64,000 bases of DNA from Chloroflexota bacterium (GTDB taxonomy: Bacteria > Chloroflexota > Limnocylindria > Limnocylindrales > CSP1-4): the NCBI GenBank assembly GCA_003169655.1, contig PNAZ01000154.1, positions 17,478 to 81,477 on the forward strand, in the 5' to 3' direction. This document shows, one piece after another, positions 8,962-18,567 of the stretch. The position numbers and the translations under genes were made by a program. Numbering within the stretch: position 1 is the first letter of the stretch; the number at the start of each line of letters is the position of its first letter. The notes under the pieces are model-generated. The model saw only the letters and a program-made list of their open reading frames with translations. It had not been told where the DNA came from and did no database searches.

Positions 8962-9990
8962 ATGCGTCAGGCGTTATTCAGCGGCCCAGGACAGCTCCAG
9001 ATCGAAAACGCCGAGGTCCCAGAGCCGACCGGTAGTGACGTACGAATCCACGTGGAGGCCTCCGGCATCTGCGGCAGCGACCGTGCCATCTTCGTTGGCA
9101 ACCACCCGGTTTCGACGCCCATCGTGCTCGGACACGAGTATGCCGGGGTGGTCGTTTCTCGTGGGCCGGAGGTCACGACGCTCCAGATGGGCGATCGAGT
9201 AGCGGTCGATCCCAACATCGTCTGTGGGCAATGCCGATTCTGCCGGCGCGGCCTGGTCAACCTGTGCAGCAAGATCACGCCGCTTGGGATCGTGCTTCCC
9301 GGCGGCTTCGCCGAGTTCTCGTTGGTTCCTGAGGCGAATGCGTATCGCATCTCGGACTCGCTCTCTTTTGAGGATGCAGCACTGGTCGAACCGCTCTCCT
9401 GCTGTGTTCGAGGTATCCACCAAGCCGACGTTCAGCTCGGCGATGTCGTGGTCGTCTCGGGGGCAGGACCCATCGGGTTGCTCCTGGTGCAACTGGCTCG
9501 CCTTCGAGGGGCCGGCACGGTGATCGTCATCGAACCGGATGCACAGCGCCGTGGCCTTGCTGCGGAGCTCGGCGCCGATATCGTGATCGACGGTCGCGAA
9601 CCCGACGACCGGCGCGAGACGGTTGCGAGCGCCACGCTGGGGGTCGGCGCAGACGTCGTTATCGAGGCTTCCGGCCGTACTACCGCAGCGGAAGGGTCGC
9701 TCGAGCTCATCCGGTCGGGTGGCACGATCGTGTGGTTCGGCGTCTGTCCCGAAGATGATCGTGTCGCCATCCGACCGTTCTCGGTCAACGACCGCGAAGT
9801 GTCGATCCGCGGGGCGAACCTTAATCCGTTCACCTTTCAAACGGCATTGACGCTTGTCGAGCGGGGGCGGGTCCGCGTCGCGGAGCTCGTCAGTGATGAG
9901 ATCGGCCTGGACGAGCTTCGGTCTGCAATCGACCCAGCTGGCCCCATATTCCGAGGAAAGGTCTTGGTTAGGCCGGGCAAGGCGACGTGA
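8962..9990 (+). CDS. Zn-dependent alcohol/polyol dehydrogenase (MDR family, sorbitol/L-iditol dehydrogenase-like)
   Basis: It carries the catalytic Zn motif 'GICGSDRA', the structural Zn motif 'CGQCRFCRRG' and the Rossmann motif 'VSGAGPIGL'. Confidence 0.8.
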   Translation: MRQALFSGPGQLQIENAEVPEPTGSDVRIHVEASGICGSDRAIFVGNHPVSTPIVLGHEYAGVVVSRGPEVTTLQMGDRVAVDPNIVCGQCRFCRRGLVNLCSKITPLGIVLPGGFAEFSLVPEANAYRISDSLSFEDAALVEPLSCCVRGIHQADVQLGDVVVVSGAGPIGLLLVQLARLRGAGTVIVIEPDAQRRGLAAELGADIVIDGREPDDRRETVASATLGVGADVVIEASGRTTAAEGSLELIRSGGTIVWFGVCPEDDRVAIRPFSVNDREVSIRGANLNPFTFQTALTLVERGRVRVAELVSDEIGLDELRSAIDPAGPIFRGKVLVRPGKAT

Positions 9991-11048
9991 GCCTTGCCAT
10001 CCAGCCACAGCTTCGGCTAGCTGTGATCGGCTGCGGGAAGGTCGCGCAGAACGTTCACCTACCTGCGTTGGCCAGAGGCTCGAGGTGCAAGCTCGTCGCT
10101 GTCTGCGACGCAAGTCGCGAGGTAGCCGAGGGGGTCGGCCGGCGATATGGGGTCGATCGCATCTACGCTGATGTCAGCGATGTCCTTGCAGACGACGAGG
10201 TCGATGCTGTCCTGGTAGCCGTCGGCGATCCACAGCATGTCACGGTCACGACGGAGGCCCTGGAGGCGGGCAAGCATGTCCTCGTGGAAAAGCCACTTGG
10301 CGTCAGCGCGGAGGAATGCCGGCCACTGCGCGGTGTCGTCGCCCGCACTGGCAAGACCCTCCAGATCGGAGTGATGAAGCGCCACGATCCGGGCATCGCG
10401 TACGCGAGGCGTGCGATCCAGGAGATCGGGCCGCTGGTCTCGTTCAGCCTGTGGTATCGCGCATCAGCGGACCGTTATGTCGATGAGACTGCGGTCTTTC
10501 TACCTGTGCTCCGCGATTCGCAGTATCGCCGCCCTGCCTACAAGCTCGACCGCAAGCCGTATTACCTCGCAACCCACGGCGCCCACGTATTCGACCTCGT
10601 CCGCTTCGTGCTCGGGCCACCCGTCACCATCCAAACCACACTGGCCGTCCGCAATGATACCTACTCGTGGCATGGGCTCCTGCGACTCGAAGATGGCACG
10701 CTCGGCGATGTCGAGTTGACGGTCTACGTCGAGAGTGACTGGTCGGAGGGCTTCGATGTCTTTGGCGAACGGGGCAGCGTGAGCGTGCGAACGGGCAATC
10801 CCTTCTTTCTCCGACCGAGCGCGGTAAGGGTCTTCGAGAGTGCCACGGCGAGCTGGCATAAACCAACCTTTCCAGATGGCGACCCTTACCTGCGTCAGTT
10901 GGATTCGTTCGCGGCCAGCGTCCTTGATGGGGCGCCGGTCGCTGCCGACGTCAGCGACGGTATTGCCGCCCTCGAGCTGATCGAGGCCGTGGCCGCCTCG
11001 GTCGATGCTGGTGGCGCGCCGGTGCACCTTGTGTCCACGCGAGCTTGA
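9987..11048 (+). CDS. Gfo/Idh/MocA family oxidoreductase
   Basis: The N-terminal Rossmann reads 'LRLAVIGCGKVAQNVH' and 'EKPL' follows. Its GTG overlaps the upstream stop. Confidence 0.8.
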   Translation: MSLAIQPQLRLAVIGCGKVAQNVHLPALARGSRCKLVAVCDASREVAEGVGRRYGVDRIYADVSDVLADDEVDAVLVAVGDPQHVTVTTEALEAGKHVLVEKPLGVSAEECRPLRGVVARTGKTLQIGVMKRHDPGIAYARRAIQEIGPLVSFSLWYRASADRYVDETAVFLPVLRDSQYRRPAYKLDRKPYYLATHGAHVFDLVRFVLGPPVTIQTTLAVRNDTYSWHGLLRLEDGTLGDVELTVYVESDWSEGFDVFGERGSVSVRTGNPFFLRPSAVRVFESATASWHKPTFPDGDPYLRQLDSFAASVLDGAPVAADVSDGIAALELIEAVAASVDAGGAPVHLVSTRA

Positions 11049-11896
11049 CCTTGGAGCTCGGCATCTTCACCCGAACGTTCGAGCGCCCAACCTTTGGCGG
11101 TGTATTGGACGCCGTAGTCGAGCATGGCTTCCCGCTCGTCCACTTCAACTTCCGCTCGACCGGCTTGCCCTCGTTGCCCGAGCGGCTGAGTTTCGCCCAG
11201 TGCGCCGCTGTGCGGCGCGAGGTCGAGGCCCGAGGGCTTCGGATGGCTGGCGTGTCGGCTACCTTCAACGCGATACACCCCGATCGTCAGCGGCGCACTT
11301 GGGAGACGGACCTCGCGCGACAGATCATCGTGCATGCCCCCGACCTAGGCACGCACCTGGTGAGCGTCTCGACTGGCACGCGGGACCCCGATGACATGTG
11401 GCACGGCCACACAGCCAACGACGAACTGTCCGCGTGGGACGACCTGCGATACACGCTCATGCGTCTGCTCGATGCGGCACGTCAAGCCGGCGTCACACTC
11501 GGTATCGAGCCCGAGCACAACAACGTTGTATCGTCGGCCCGCCGAGCGCGCCAGTTGCTCGACGAGTTCCGCGACGAGCACCTGCGCATCATTCTCGATG
11601 CGGCGAACCTGCTCGACCTCGAGACAGCAGACCGCCAGGCGGCCATCCTGGTAGAGGCCTTCGACCTGCTCTCGACGGACACTGTGATGGTGCATGCGAA
11701 GGACATCGGGGTCAGTGGCGACGTCGCGGCCGGTCGCGGCTTGCTTGACTACCGCTTGTACTTCGAGCTCATCGCCGCGCACGCGGCGGCGGCCCCGGTG
11801 ATCATCCATGAGCTTGGTGAGGGTGATGTCCCTCGCGCCCGTGATTTCGTGCTCGCACAGGCCGCTGCAGCGGGCCTCTCGCTGTCGAATAGATGA
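11045..11896 (+). CDS. Sugar phosphate isomerase/epimerase (xylose-isomerase-like TIM barrel)
   Basis: It has the 'GIEPEHNN' and 'HAKD' family motifs. The TTG start makes a TTGA overlap with the upstream stop. Confidence 0.65.
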   Translation: MTLELGIFTRTFERPTFGGVLDAVVEHGFPLVHFNFRSTGLPSLPERLSFAQCAAVRREVEARGLRMAGVSATFNAIHPDRQRRTWETDLARQIIVHAPDLGTHLVSVSTGTRDPDDMWHGHTANDELSAWDDLRYTLMRLLDAARQAGVTLGIEPEHNNVVSSARRARQLLDEFRDEHLRIILDAANLLDLETADRQAAILVEAFDLLSTDTVMVHAKDIGVSGDVAAGRGLLDYRLYFELIAAHAAAAPVIIHELGEGDVPRARDFVLAQAAAAGLSLSNR

Positions 11897-12729
11897 CTGG
11901 GCTGACAGGGGCAAACTTCCATTTCGAGCATGCCGGGATCCGGTTCGCGGCGTCGATGGACGGCACCGGCGCAGCGCTGGTTCTGCTCCATGGGCTCGGT
12001 GGCGATCGTTCCGGTGCATTCGAATTGGCAGACCCGGTACCCGGATGGCGTCGGCTTGCTCTAGATCAGCGCGGGCACGGAGAAACGGAGCCGGTCGGTC
12101 CCGAGAGTTCGTACAAATTCGAAGTGTTCGCGGCTGACCTCATCGCGTTTCTCGACACTGTTGAGGAAAACTCGGTTGTCGTTCTAGGCGTGTCGATGGG
12201 CTCAGCGGTCGCGCTCCGGTTGGCCTTGGAGAATCCCGATCGCGTCCTGGGCCTGGTGCTCGTGCGGCCAGCATGGATCCACGAACCGATGACCGAGAAC
12301 CTGATTCCAAACGTCGAGATCGCCCGTCTACTGCGTTTGATGCCGGCGGCCGAAGCGCTTGCGGCCTACGAATCCTCCGAAGCGTACGCCCGCATTCGCG
12401 CGGTTTCCTCCCACGCCGCCGAGTCACTCTCGTCGCAGTTCTTTCGCCCGAAAGCAGTGGAGCGCGCAGTCCGTCTGGACCAGATGCCGCGCAGCACCCC
12501 ATACACTGACCCGCGCGATTTGAGCTCCGTCGCTCAGCCAACCTTGGTGATCGGGTGCGAGCGGGATCCGCTGCACCCGATCGACTTCGCTCGGACCTGG
12601 GCGAGCCTTATCCCAAACGCCTCTCTCGAGTGCGTCAGTTCGAGCGCCGACGGCGTGTCCCAACACAGGCGTGAAGTGCGCGAAAGCGTGGCGCGATTCC
12701 TGCTGCGGCTCGGCGCACACGCAGCCTGA
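11893..12729 (+). CDS. Alpha/beta-fold hydrolase
   Basis: It has 'LLHGLGGD' and a nucleophile elbow 'GVSMGS'. ATGA overlaps the upstream stop. Confidence 0.75.
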   Translation: MTGLTGANFHFEHAGIRFAASMDGTGAALVLLHGLGGDRSGAFELADPVPGWRRLALDQRGHGETEPVGPESSYKFEVFAADLIAFLDTVEENSVVVLGVSMGSAVALRLALENPDRVLGLVLVRPAWIHEPMTENLIPNVEIARLLRLMPAAEALAAYESSEAYARIRAVSSHAAESLSSQFFRPKAVERAVRLDQMPRSTPYTDPRDLSSVAQPTLVIGCERDPLHPIDFARTWASLIPNASLECVSSSADGVSQHRREVRESVARFLLRLGAHAA

Positions 12730-12756
12730 CAGAGCAGTTATCTATAGGAGGCTGCA

Positions 12757-13740
12757 ATGAGTGATCGGACGTTCGGGAGACTCGGCTGGCCAGTCAGCGA
12801 GGTTGGATTTGGCACTTTCGGGATGGGCTGGTGGAGCGGCTCAGACGACGAGGTGTCGCGTAGGTGTCTGCAGCTCGCTCTTGATCTCGGGTGCACATTC
12901 GTCGACACGGCCTGGGAGTATGGCGAAGGACGCAGCGAACGCCTGGTAGGTCAGGTCCTCGCGGCAAACCCGGGGCGTCGCGTATATGTTGCCTCCAAGA
13001 TCCCGCCCAAGACCATGGTATGGCCTTCCCACCGCGGCGACGCGATCGACGCCAGCTTCCCGCCTGATCACATTCGGGAGTATGTCGAAAAGAGCCTTCA
13101 GAATCTTGGACTTGCGTCGATCGACCTCATCCAGTTCCACGTCTGGGAGGACGCCTGGGCTGACGATGAGCACTGGCAGCGGACGATGGACGACCTCAAA
13201 CGCGAAGGGCTCGTTAGGGGCGTAGGTGTGAGCCTCAACCGCTGGGAGCCCTGGAACTCGCTGCGCACGATTCGGACAGGCCTTGTCGACTCGGTGCAGG
13301 TCGTATACAACATTTTCGACCAGGCGCCCGAGGATGAGCTCTTCCCGCTGTGCCGCGAGCTCGGCGTAGCCGTGATTGCGCGCGTGCCGCTCGACGAAGG
13401 TGGGCTGACAGGCACCCTTACCCCCGTATCAAGATGGCCGGCCGACGACTGGCGCACGACCTACTTCACGCCCCACAACCTGACGGAGACGCTTTCTCGG
13501 GTCGAGGCGCTTCGGTCGATCCTGCCGCCCGGCATGACACTTCCTCAACTTGCGCTTCGGTTCGTCCTATCCAACCCGGACGTTTCCGTGGTGATCCCTG
13601 GCATGCGCCGGCCGGACCGCGTGCGAGCGAATCTGACCACGAGTGCGGCCGCCCCCCTCGATCCAGTGCTGCGCTCCATTTTACGTGAGCACCGCTGGGA
13701 TCGGAACGGGCCAGAGTGGGCGGCGGAGGCGCAGGCGTGA
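12757..13740 (+). CDS. Aldo/keto reductase
   Basis: It has the 'GFGTFGMG' and 'IDLIQFH' motifs and AKR family length. GGAGG lies 6 nt upstream. Confidence 0.8.
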   Translation: MSDRTFGRLGWPVSEVGFGTFGMGWWSGSDDEVSRRCLQLALDLGCTFVDTAWEYGEGRSERLVGQVLAANPGRRVYVASKIPPKTMVWPSHRGDAIDASFPPDHIREYVEKSLQNLGLASIDLIQFHVWEDAWADDEHWQRTMDDLKREGLVRGVGVSLNRWEPWNSLRTIRTGLVDSVQVVYNIFDQAPEDELFPLCRELGVAVIARVPLDEGGLTGTLTPVSRWPADDWRTTYFTPHNLTETLSRVEALRSILPPGMTLPQLALRFVLSNPDVSVVIPGMRRPDRVRANLTTSAAAPLDPVLRSILREHRWDRNGPEWAAEAQA

Positions 13741-13759
13741 CCCGCGTGCCGAGAAGGTG

Positions 13760-14542
13760 ATGGTGGTTACCTCGGTCGGTCCGGTCAGTTTCCAGATCCG
13801 GCGTGGCGCGCCCGTCCTAGCTGGAGATATGGTAGCTGCCAGCCATGGCGTCCGGCGCGAGCGTGAGCTGGCCGCCGTGAACGCCGCGGCCGACCCATCC
13901 TCGGGCCGGGCCGTCTACTGGACTTTTGGTGACGTCGCCCGGCGCGGCGACCGCAAGCGTCTGCTGGATGCCCCAGTAACCTACGACCTCACGTTCATGT
14001 CGCCGCGAACATTGGGGCAGCAGTTGCCTCGGACCCATGGCCATGTCCATGCGTCCGAGGGTCCAGACGGCGCCGGCTTCGCCGAAGTCTACGAGGTGCT
14101 TTCAGGGCGCGCTGGGTTCCTCATGCACGACTTGGGACCCGGCCCGAGTGTCTCTCTTGGCGTGCTGGTCAACGCCGAGCCTGGGGATGTCGTGGCGGTC
14201 CCACCAGACGTTTATCACGCCACACTCAACCTAGGCCCGACGATGCTCGTTGTTGCAGACTTGGTCTGCCGCCGTGCGACCGATGTGTACGTGGCGTTGC
14301 GGGCGGCTGGAGGGATGGCCTACGGATTGGACGCTGCAGGGCGAGTAGCGGTTAACCCCAGATATCACCGCCTACCCCCGTTGCAGCGGCTGTCTGTCGA
14401 GGAGTGGGGCGCCGGTATGAAGGACGGCCTATACGAGCGGCTACTGATGGATCCGGGCGCCTTCGAGTGGTTATGTCACCGCGCCGCCTTCGCGACGCGC
14501 TTTCCGAAAGCCGCGCGCTGGGTAGGCTCGGTCGTCGACTGA
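13760..14542 (+). CDS. Cupin-type sugar-phosphate isomerase (archaeal-type glucose-6-phosphate isomerase family, PF06560-like)
   Basis: Its core 'THGHVH...AEVYEVLSGRAGFLM...EPGDVVAVPPDVYHATLN' aligns with the Pyrococcus cPGI metal-binding cupin 'TKGHFH...AEVYVALKGKGG...EPGTVVYVPPYWAHRTVN'. The start is uncertain by a few codons. Confidence 0.55.
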   Translation: MVVTSVGPVSFQIRRGAPVLAGDMVAASHGVRRERELAAVNAAADPSSGRAVYWTFGDVARRGDRKRLLDAPVTYDLTFMSPRTLGQQLPRTHGHVHASEGPDGAGFAEVYEVLSGRAGFLMHDLGPGPSVSLGVLVNAEPGDVVAVPPDVYHATLNLGPTMLVVADLVCRRATDVYVALRAAGGMAYGLDAAGRVAVNPRYHRLPPLQRLSVEEWGAGMKDGLYERLLMDPGAFEWLCHRAAFATRFPKAARWVGSVVD

Positions 14543-15320
14543 ATCTGGGAGCCCGTCGGGCGCTTGCACGTCTGCGAAGCACGTACTCTTCCGGCTGGGG
14601 GGCTCTGGGACTTCCCAGCGCGGCAGGTGGTCGCTCAGAAGGCGCCCGCGGACAGTGCCCGAGGGCTGCTCGTGATTGTGACTCTGCACGTATCTGCGAG
14701 CGAGGTGCAGGAGCACGTGGCGCCCTCGAAGCGATGCCGGCGCGCCCTTGGGCAGGCGGCGACAGGCCGGGACGAGCACCAATCCGCCAGCGACCCAGCC
14801 GCTCGATTCCTCGAACTCCTGGCGGCGGCCATCGGCTCCGGTCCTGCCCACGTCGCCCGTGAAGAGGGCGACGCTCCAGCCAACCCAGGAGCCTGGGGCT
14901 GGCGCAAGGAGATTCAGGGAACGGGCGTCTTTCGACAGGAGGCGGGGCGAAGGTCGTGCGAGGCATGGCAGGCCGACAGGGGATCTGCCCCGCACGCGAC
15001 CTTCTCCGTGAACTTGGTGGGGCGGTGGCAGCTCGCGATGCCGCATGACGTCTCCAAACGACGTCGGCTCCTCGCCACGGAGCCATCGTGCCGCGACCGC
15101 GCGAAATGTGTGAGCAGACATCCGACCTCTTGGGCCCATTGCCGCGCCCTCCGTGCTATTCTCCGCCCGATAAACGGCCAAAGATGTCTGACTTCCATTG
15201 GATGTCGGCGCGGAATCGGCAAGAGACTCCTCACCATTCTTCCGGCGTCACGACCCAGGAGGCGCAGGAGTGCAGGTGCGTCAGGGTAGGGACGTTGTCG
15301 AGGCAGTCCCTAGGCGGTCT

Positions 15321-15971
15321 ATGGTTGAGACGGACCTGTGGCCGGCGCTACGCCGCTATTGGCACCCTGTCGCCTACTCGTCCGAAGTAGCCGATGCCCC
15401 GGCACCGGTCAGGCTCCTCGAACACCGTCTTGTGCTCGTCCGTCTAGCCGGAGAGCTCGTATGCTTCCGCGACCTCTGCATCCACCGAGGGACCCCCCTT
15501 TCGCTGGGATGGGTCGACGGAGACGAACTCATCTGCGCATATCATGGCTGGAGCAACAATCGGACAGGCGCGTGCACCCGCATTCCAGCTCTGCAGGACG
15601 GACGCTCTATTCCAAGCCGGGCTAGGGTCGACCGATATCTGGTTGAAGAGCGCTATGGCTTGATCTGGGTTTGCCTCGAGACGCCAGCGATTGGCATTCC
15701 GGCGTTTCCAGAATTCGATGATCCTGCCTACGCGGTTACCTACTATCCACCGCTTGAGTGGCGATGCAGTGCAGCTCGCCACACGGAGAACACGGTCGAC
15801 GCCGCCCATTTTGCTTGGGTGCATGAAGGGATCTTGGGCGACCGCAATCATCCCGAGATCCCTGATTTCGAAATCAACCGGCACGGCGAGGAACTACGCT
15901 ACGCCTTTGTCGCATATCGTCGGATGAAGGCTGAGCTCGGCGTCCTCGTGGACGGAGTACCCCGAGACTAA
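15321..15971 (+). CDS. Rieske [2Fe-2S] non-haem-iron oxygenase alpha-subunit-like (VanA/PaO type), probably truncated at the 3' end
   Basis: It has the Rieske motifs CIHRG...CAYHGW and the mononuclear-iron motif D-AA-H-FAWV-H. Only about 40 aa follow that motif, versus about 130 in full-length homologues. Confidence 0.6.
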   Translation: MVETDLWPALRRYWHPVAYSSEVADAPAPVRLLEHRLVLVRLAGELVCFRDLCIHRGTPLSLGWVDGDELICAYHGWSNNRTGACTRIPALQDGRSIPSRARVDRYLVEERYGLIWVCLETPAIGIPAFPEFDDPAYAVTYYPPLEWRCSAARHTENTVDAAHFAWVHEGILGDRNHPEIPDFEINRHGEELRYAFVAYRRMKAELGVLVDGVPRD

Positions 15972-16028
15972 CCGCTGAGGGATGCGGCACCGTCACACGG
16001 GACCCGATTTCCTCACAGAGCCTCTTGG

Positions 16029-17264
16029 TCACTCACCCGCCGGGATTGTTGGCCCGCTCGTTGTTTGGGACTGCACGATTCGACCGGCCCGGATCACGAT
16101 GCGAGGCCGGGCCAGTACGCGCTGATCCAGATAGGGGTCGCCCTCCACGAGGATCAGGTCCGCCAGTCGGCCAGCCTGCAAGGTTCCAATCTCTGACGAC
16201 GCATTTAGGAGTTCAGCCGCTTCCCGCGTCGCGGCCTCGATAGCTGCCGGGGCAGCCATCCCAAGTTCGATCATGAGGGCCAATTCGCGAGCAAGAGCAT
16301 CCGCACCGAGCGCGAGGTATGGGACCTGGGCGTCCGTTGAGGCGACAATGCGCACGCCAGCCCGGAGGGCGCGCTGGAACGACTCTCGTTGCTGGCCGAA
16401 GGCTTCCAGGCCCTTCCTCCGCACCCAGTCAGGGATCCCGCTTTCCGGACCCGAGTTCGCTTCGATTTGCGTGCACAGCAGGGCCGGAGAGAGCCAGGCG
16501 CCGCGCTCCGCCATTCGTTCGGCGGTCTCAGTATCCAATGCGATGCCGTGCTCGATCGAGTCTACGCCCGCCTCGAGCGCGAGTCTCGCGCCAGCCAGAT
16601 TCGAGCAATGCGCGCTCACCCGGCGGCCGCGTCTATGAGCCTCTTCCACGGCCGCCCGTACCTCATCGATCGTGAGCTGCACGTCGGTGATGGCCTCGCC
16701 AGGGGTGGCCGTGCCGCCCGTAACCATCAGCTTCACCCAATCGGCCCCGGCCTTCGTCTCGATCCTTACCGCGCGCCGGACCTCGTCCGGCCCGGACACC
16801 TCGACACTAATCTGTGCTCCATGCCCGCCAGTCGCGCAGATGGCTCGACCGGAGAGGAAGAGGCGGGGCCCTTCGACCAAGCCGGACTCGATGGCGGCGC
16901 GGTTAGCAAAGATCCCGTGGTGCGGATAGCCACAATCGCGCAAACTGGTGACGCCGCTGTGTAGGACTTGGCGCAGGCCGGTCGATGCGTCAAGCCCGTC
17001 AGCTACGACTCCCTCGACACTGTCGTCGGTGTTGCGATCTCCGCGATGGAGTCCGGCCGCGTGAGCGTGGCAGTCGATCAACCCTGGGAGTGCGGTCAAT
17101 CCTGCGCCATCTATCACCGTAATACCCGTCGCGACCGGCCCAGGGTCGCCCGACCCTATCTCACTCAGACGGTCCGCCTCGATAGCGAGCCAGCCATGAT
17201 CGACTGGGGGGCGCCCGGTGGCGTCGATGATCCGTAAGCCGCGAATGATCGTTGTGGCTGACAT
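16029..17264 (-). CDS. Metal-dependent amidohydrolase (imidazolonepropionase/Xaa-Pro dipeptidase-like amidohydrolase family)
   Basis: It has 'LPGLIDCHAHA' and HxH, and a downstream His/Asp metal-ligand pattern. Confidence 0.75.
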   Translation of the reverse strand: MSATTIIRGLRIIDATGRPPVDHGWLAIEADRLSEIGSGDPGPVATGITVIDGAGLTALPGLIDCHAHAAGLHRGDRNTDDSVEGVVADGLDASTGLRQVLHSGVTSLRDCGYPHHGIFANRAAIESGLVEGPRLFLSGRAICATGGHGAQISVEVSGPDEVRRAVRIETKAGADWVKLMVTGGTATPGEAITDVQLTIDEVRAAVEEAHRRGRRVSAHCSNLAGARLALEAGVDSIEHGIALDTETAERMAERGAWLSPALLCTQIEANSGPESGIPDWVRRKGLEAFGQQRESFQRALRAGVRIVASTDAQVPYLALGADALARELALMIELGMAAPAAIEAATREAAELLNASSEIGTLQAGRLADLILVEGDPYLDQRVLARPRIVIRAGRIVQSQTTSGPTIPAGE

Positions 17265-17295
17265 CAGATGAATCCAAATCCGCGGTCGCCGAGTC

Positions 17296-18567
17296 TCACG
17301 CCTCGATTACCGGCAGCTCAGCCGAGGCAGGTTCGTGCAGGCACTCGGCGCCCTGTTCGGTGACAACGTACTGATCCTCAAGGTCGAAGAAGCCATGGAT
17401 CGTGGGAAACATCGGTTCGACGGATATGACCATCCCGGGCTCAAGCACAGTCGGGCAATCGGGATGGACCGAAATGGCGCCCGTGTTCCGAAAGCCGTGG
17501 CCCGTCCGCCCCGCGAGCCGGGGTGCTCGCCCGTGATTCGCCTCAATTCGGGCGCCGGCTTCGTAAACTTCGGCACAACGCACGCCAGGGCGGATGGCCT
17601 CCGCCATCGCACGATTGCATTCCCAGGTCAGGGTATAGAGGTCGCGGACCGCGGCGGAGGGTGATCCAATCGCCCACACGCGGTCGGTATCAGCCACGTA
17701 TCCGCGGAACCCTACTCCGCTATAGCCGCGCATCACCACGTCCCCGCTACGGAACGGTCGGTCCGTGGCGACAGCGTGGAACATATTCGACGAGGCCGGC
17801 TCCCGAGCGTTGCGAACGTCCCAAACGCCTGTCGCCGTGTACGTGTATGGCTCGGTGTACCGCTCAAAGAAACGCCGATCGAGAGCCGCGAAGAACCCTC
17901 GCTCCGTCTGGCTCGCTTGGAGCAACTCGGGGACCTGGGCGTGGATCCAGTCACCAGCGACGCAGGCTGTGCGCAGTTGATCGACCTCCCAGGGGGTAAG
18001 GACGCTCATTAGCCGCCTAATGACCGCAGATCCGTCAACTAGAGCGGCGTCGGGCATCAACTCCCTCAGGTGTAGGAAGTCCGCCACGCTCAGGCCCAGG
18101 GTCATGCAGTCACCGAGCTCGAAGCCGAGACGGCCCCGAGCGAGGCCGAGTTCGGCCAGATACTCGGGCATTTGCTCGAGAGCCCAGATCTCGACTCTGC
18201 CCGGTCTCCCGGAGCGCTCGACGATTCCGTGGATCTCACTGACCCACGTCGAGCGGCGCGTCGTGTTTAGATGCTCACCAGCGGCAGTCGGCGTCATGAA
18301 CAGGATGTCGCGATCGTGGCTGAGAACGTACCACGCGGATCGTGCCTGACAGATGTCATGCCACTCATGCGGCTCACGCAGGCTGGTGAACCACCGGCCC
18401 ACCACACTAGATGTGATGACAAGTCCGTCGAGGTCCGCATCCGCCATCCAAGCTCGGGCGCGAACGAGCCGAGCCTGGTATTCGACGGCCGGGTAGTCGT
18501 GTTCGAGCTCGTAGCCGCCGGCCTCGATCCAGGAATCGTGGCTGTGGGCGAGGTCAGTGAAGGTCAT
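17296..18567 (-). CDS. M24 family metallopeptidase-fold enzyme (creatinase/Xaa-Pro aminopeptidase-like), paralogue 1
   Basis: It has a creatinase-type N-terminal domain plus a pita-bread C-terminal domain with conserved His/Glu ligands. Confidence 0.7.
   Translation of the reverse strand: MTFTDLAHSHDSWIEAGGYELEHDYPAVEYQARLVRARAWMADADLDGLVITSSVVGRWFTSLREPHEWHDICQARSAWYVLSHDRDILFMTPTAAGEHLNTTRRSTWVSEIHGIVERSGRPGRVEIWALEQMPEYLAELGLARGRLGFELGDCMTLGLSVADFLHLRELMPDAALVDGSAVIRRLMSVLTPWEVDQLRTACVAGDWIHAQVPELLQASQTERGFFAALDRRFFERYTEPYTYTATGVWDVRNAREPASSNMFHAVATDRPFRSGDVVMRGYSGVGFRGYVADTDRVWAIGSPSAAVRDLYTLTWECNRAMAEAIRPGVRCAEVYEAGARIEANHGRAPRLAGRTGHGFRNTGAISVHPDCPTVLEPGMVISVEPMFPTIHGFFDLEDQYVVTEQGAECLHEPASAELPVIEA

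Noticed and set aside
14564-15289. ORFs of 236-244 aa inside the 14.5-15.3 kb region on both strands
   Set aside because: They are mutually overlapping and low-complexity (R/P/A/G/W/C-rich), with no family resemblance. I treated the region as non-coding and flagged it for an RNA search.
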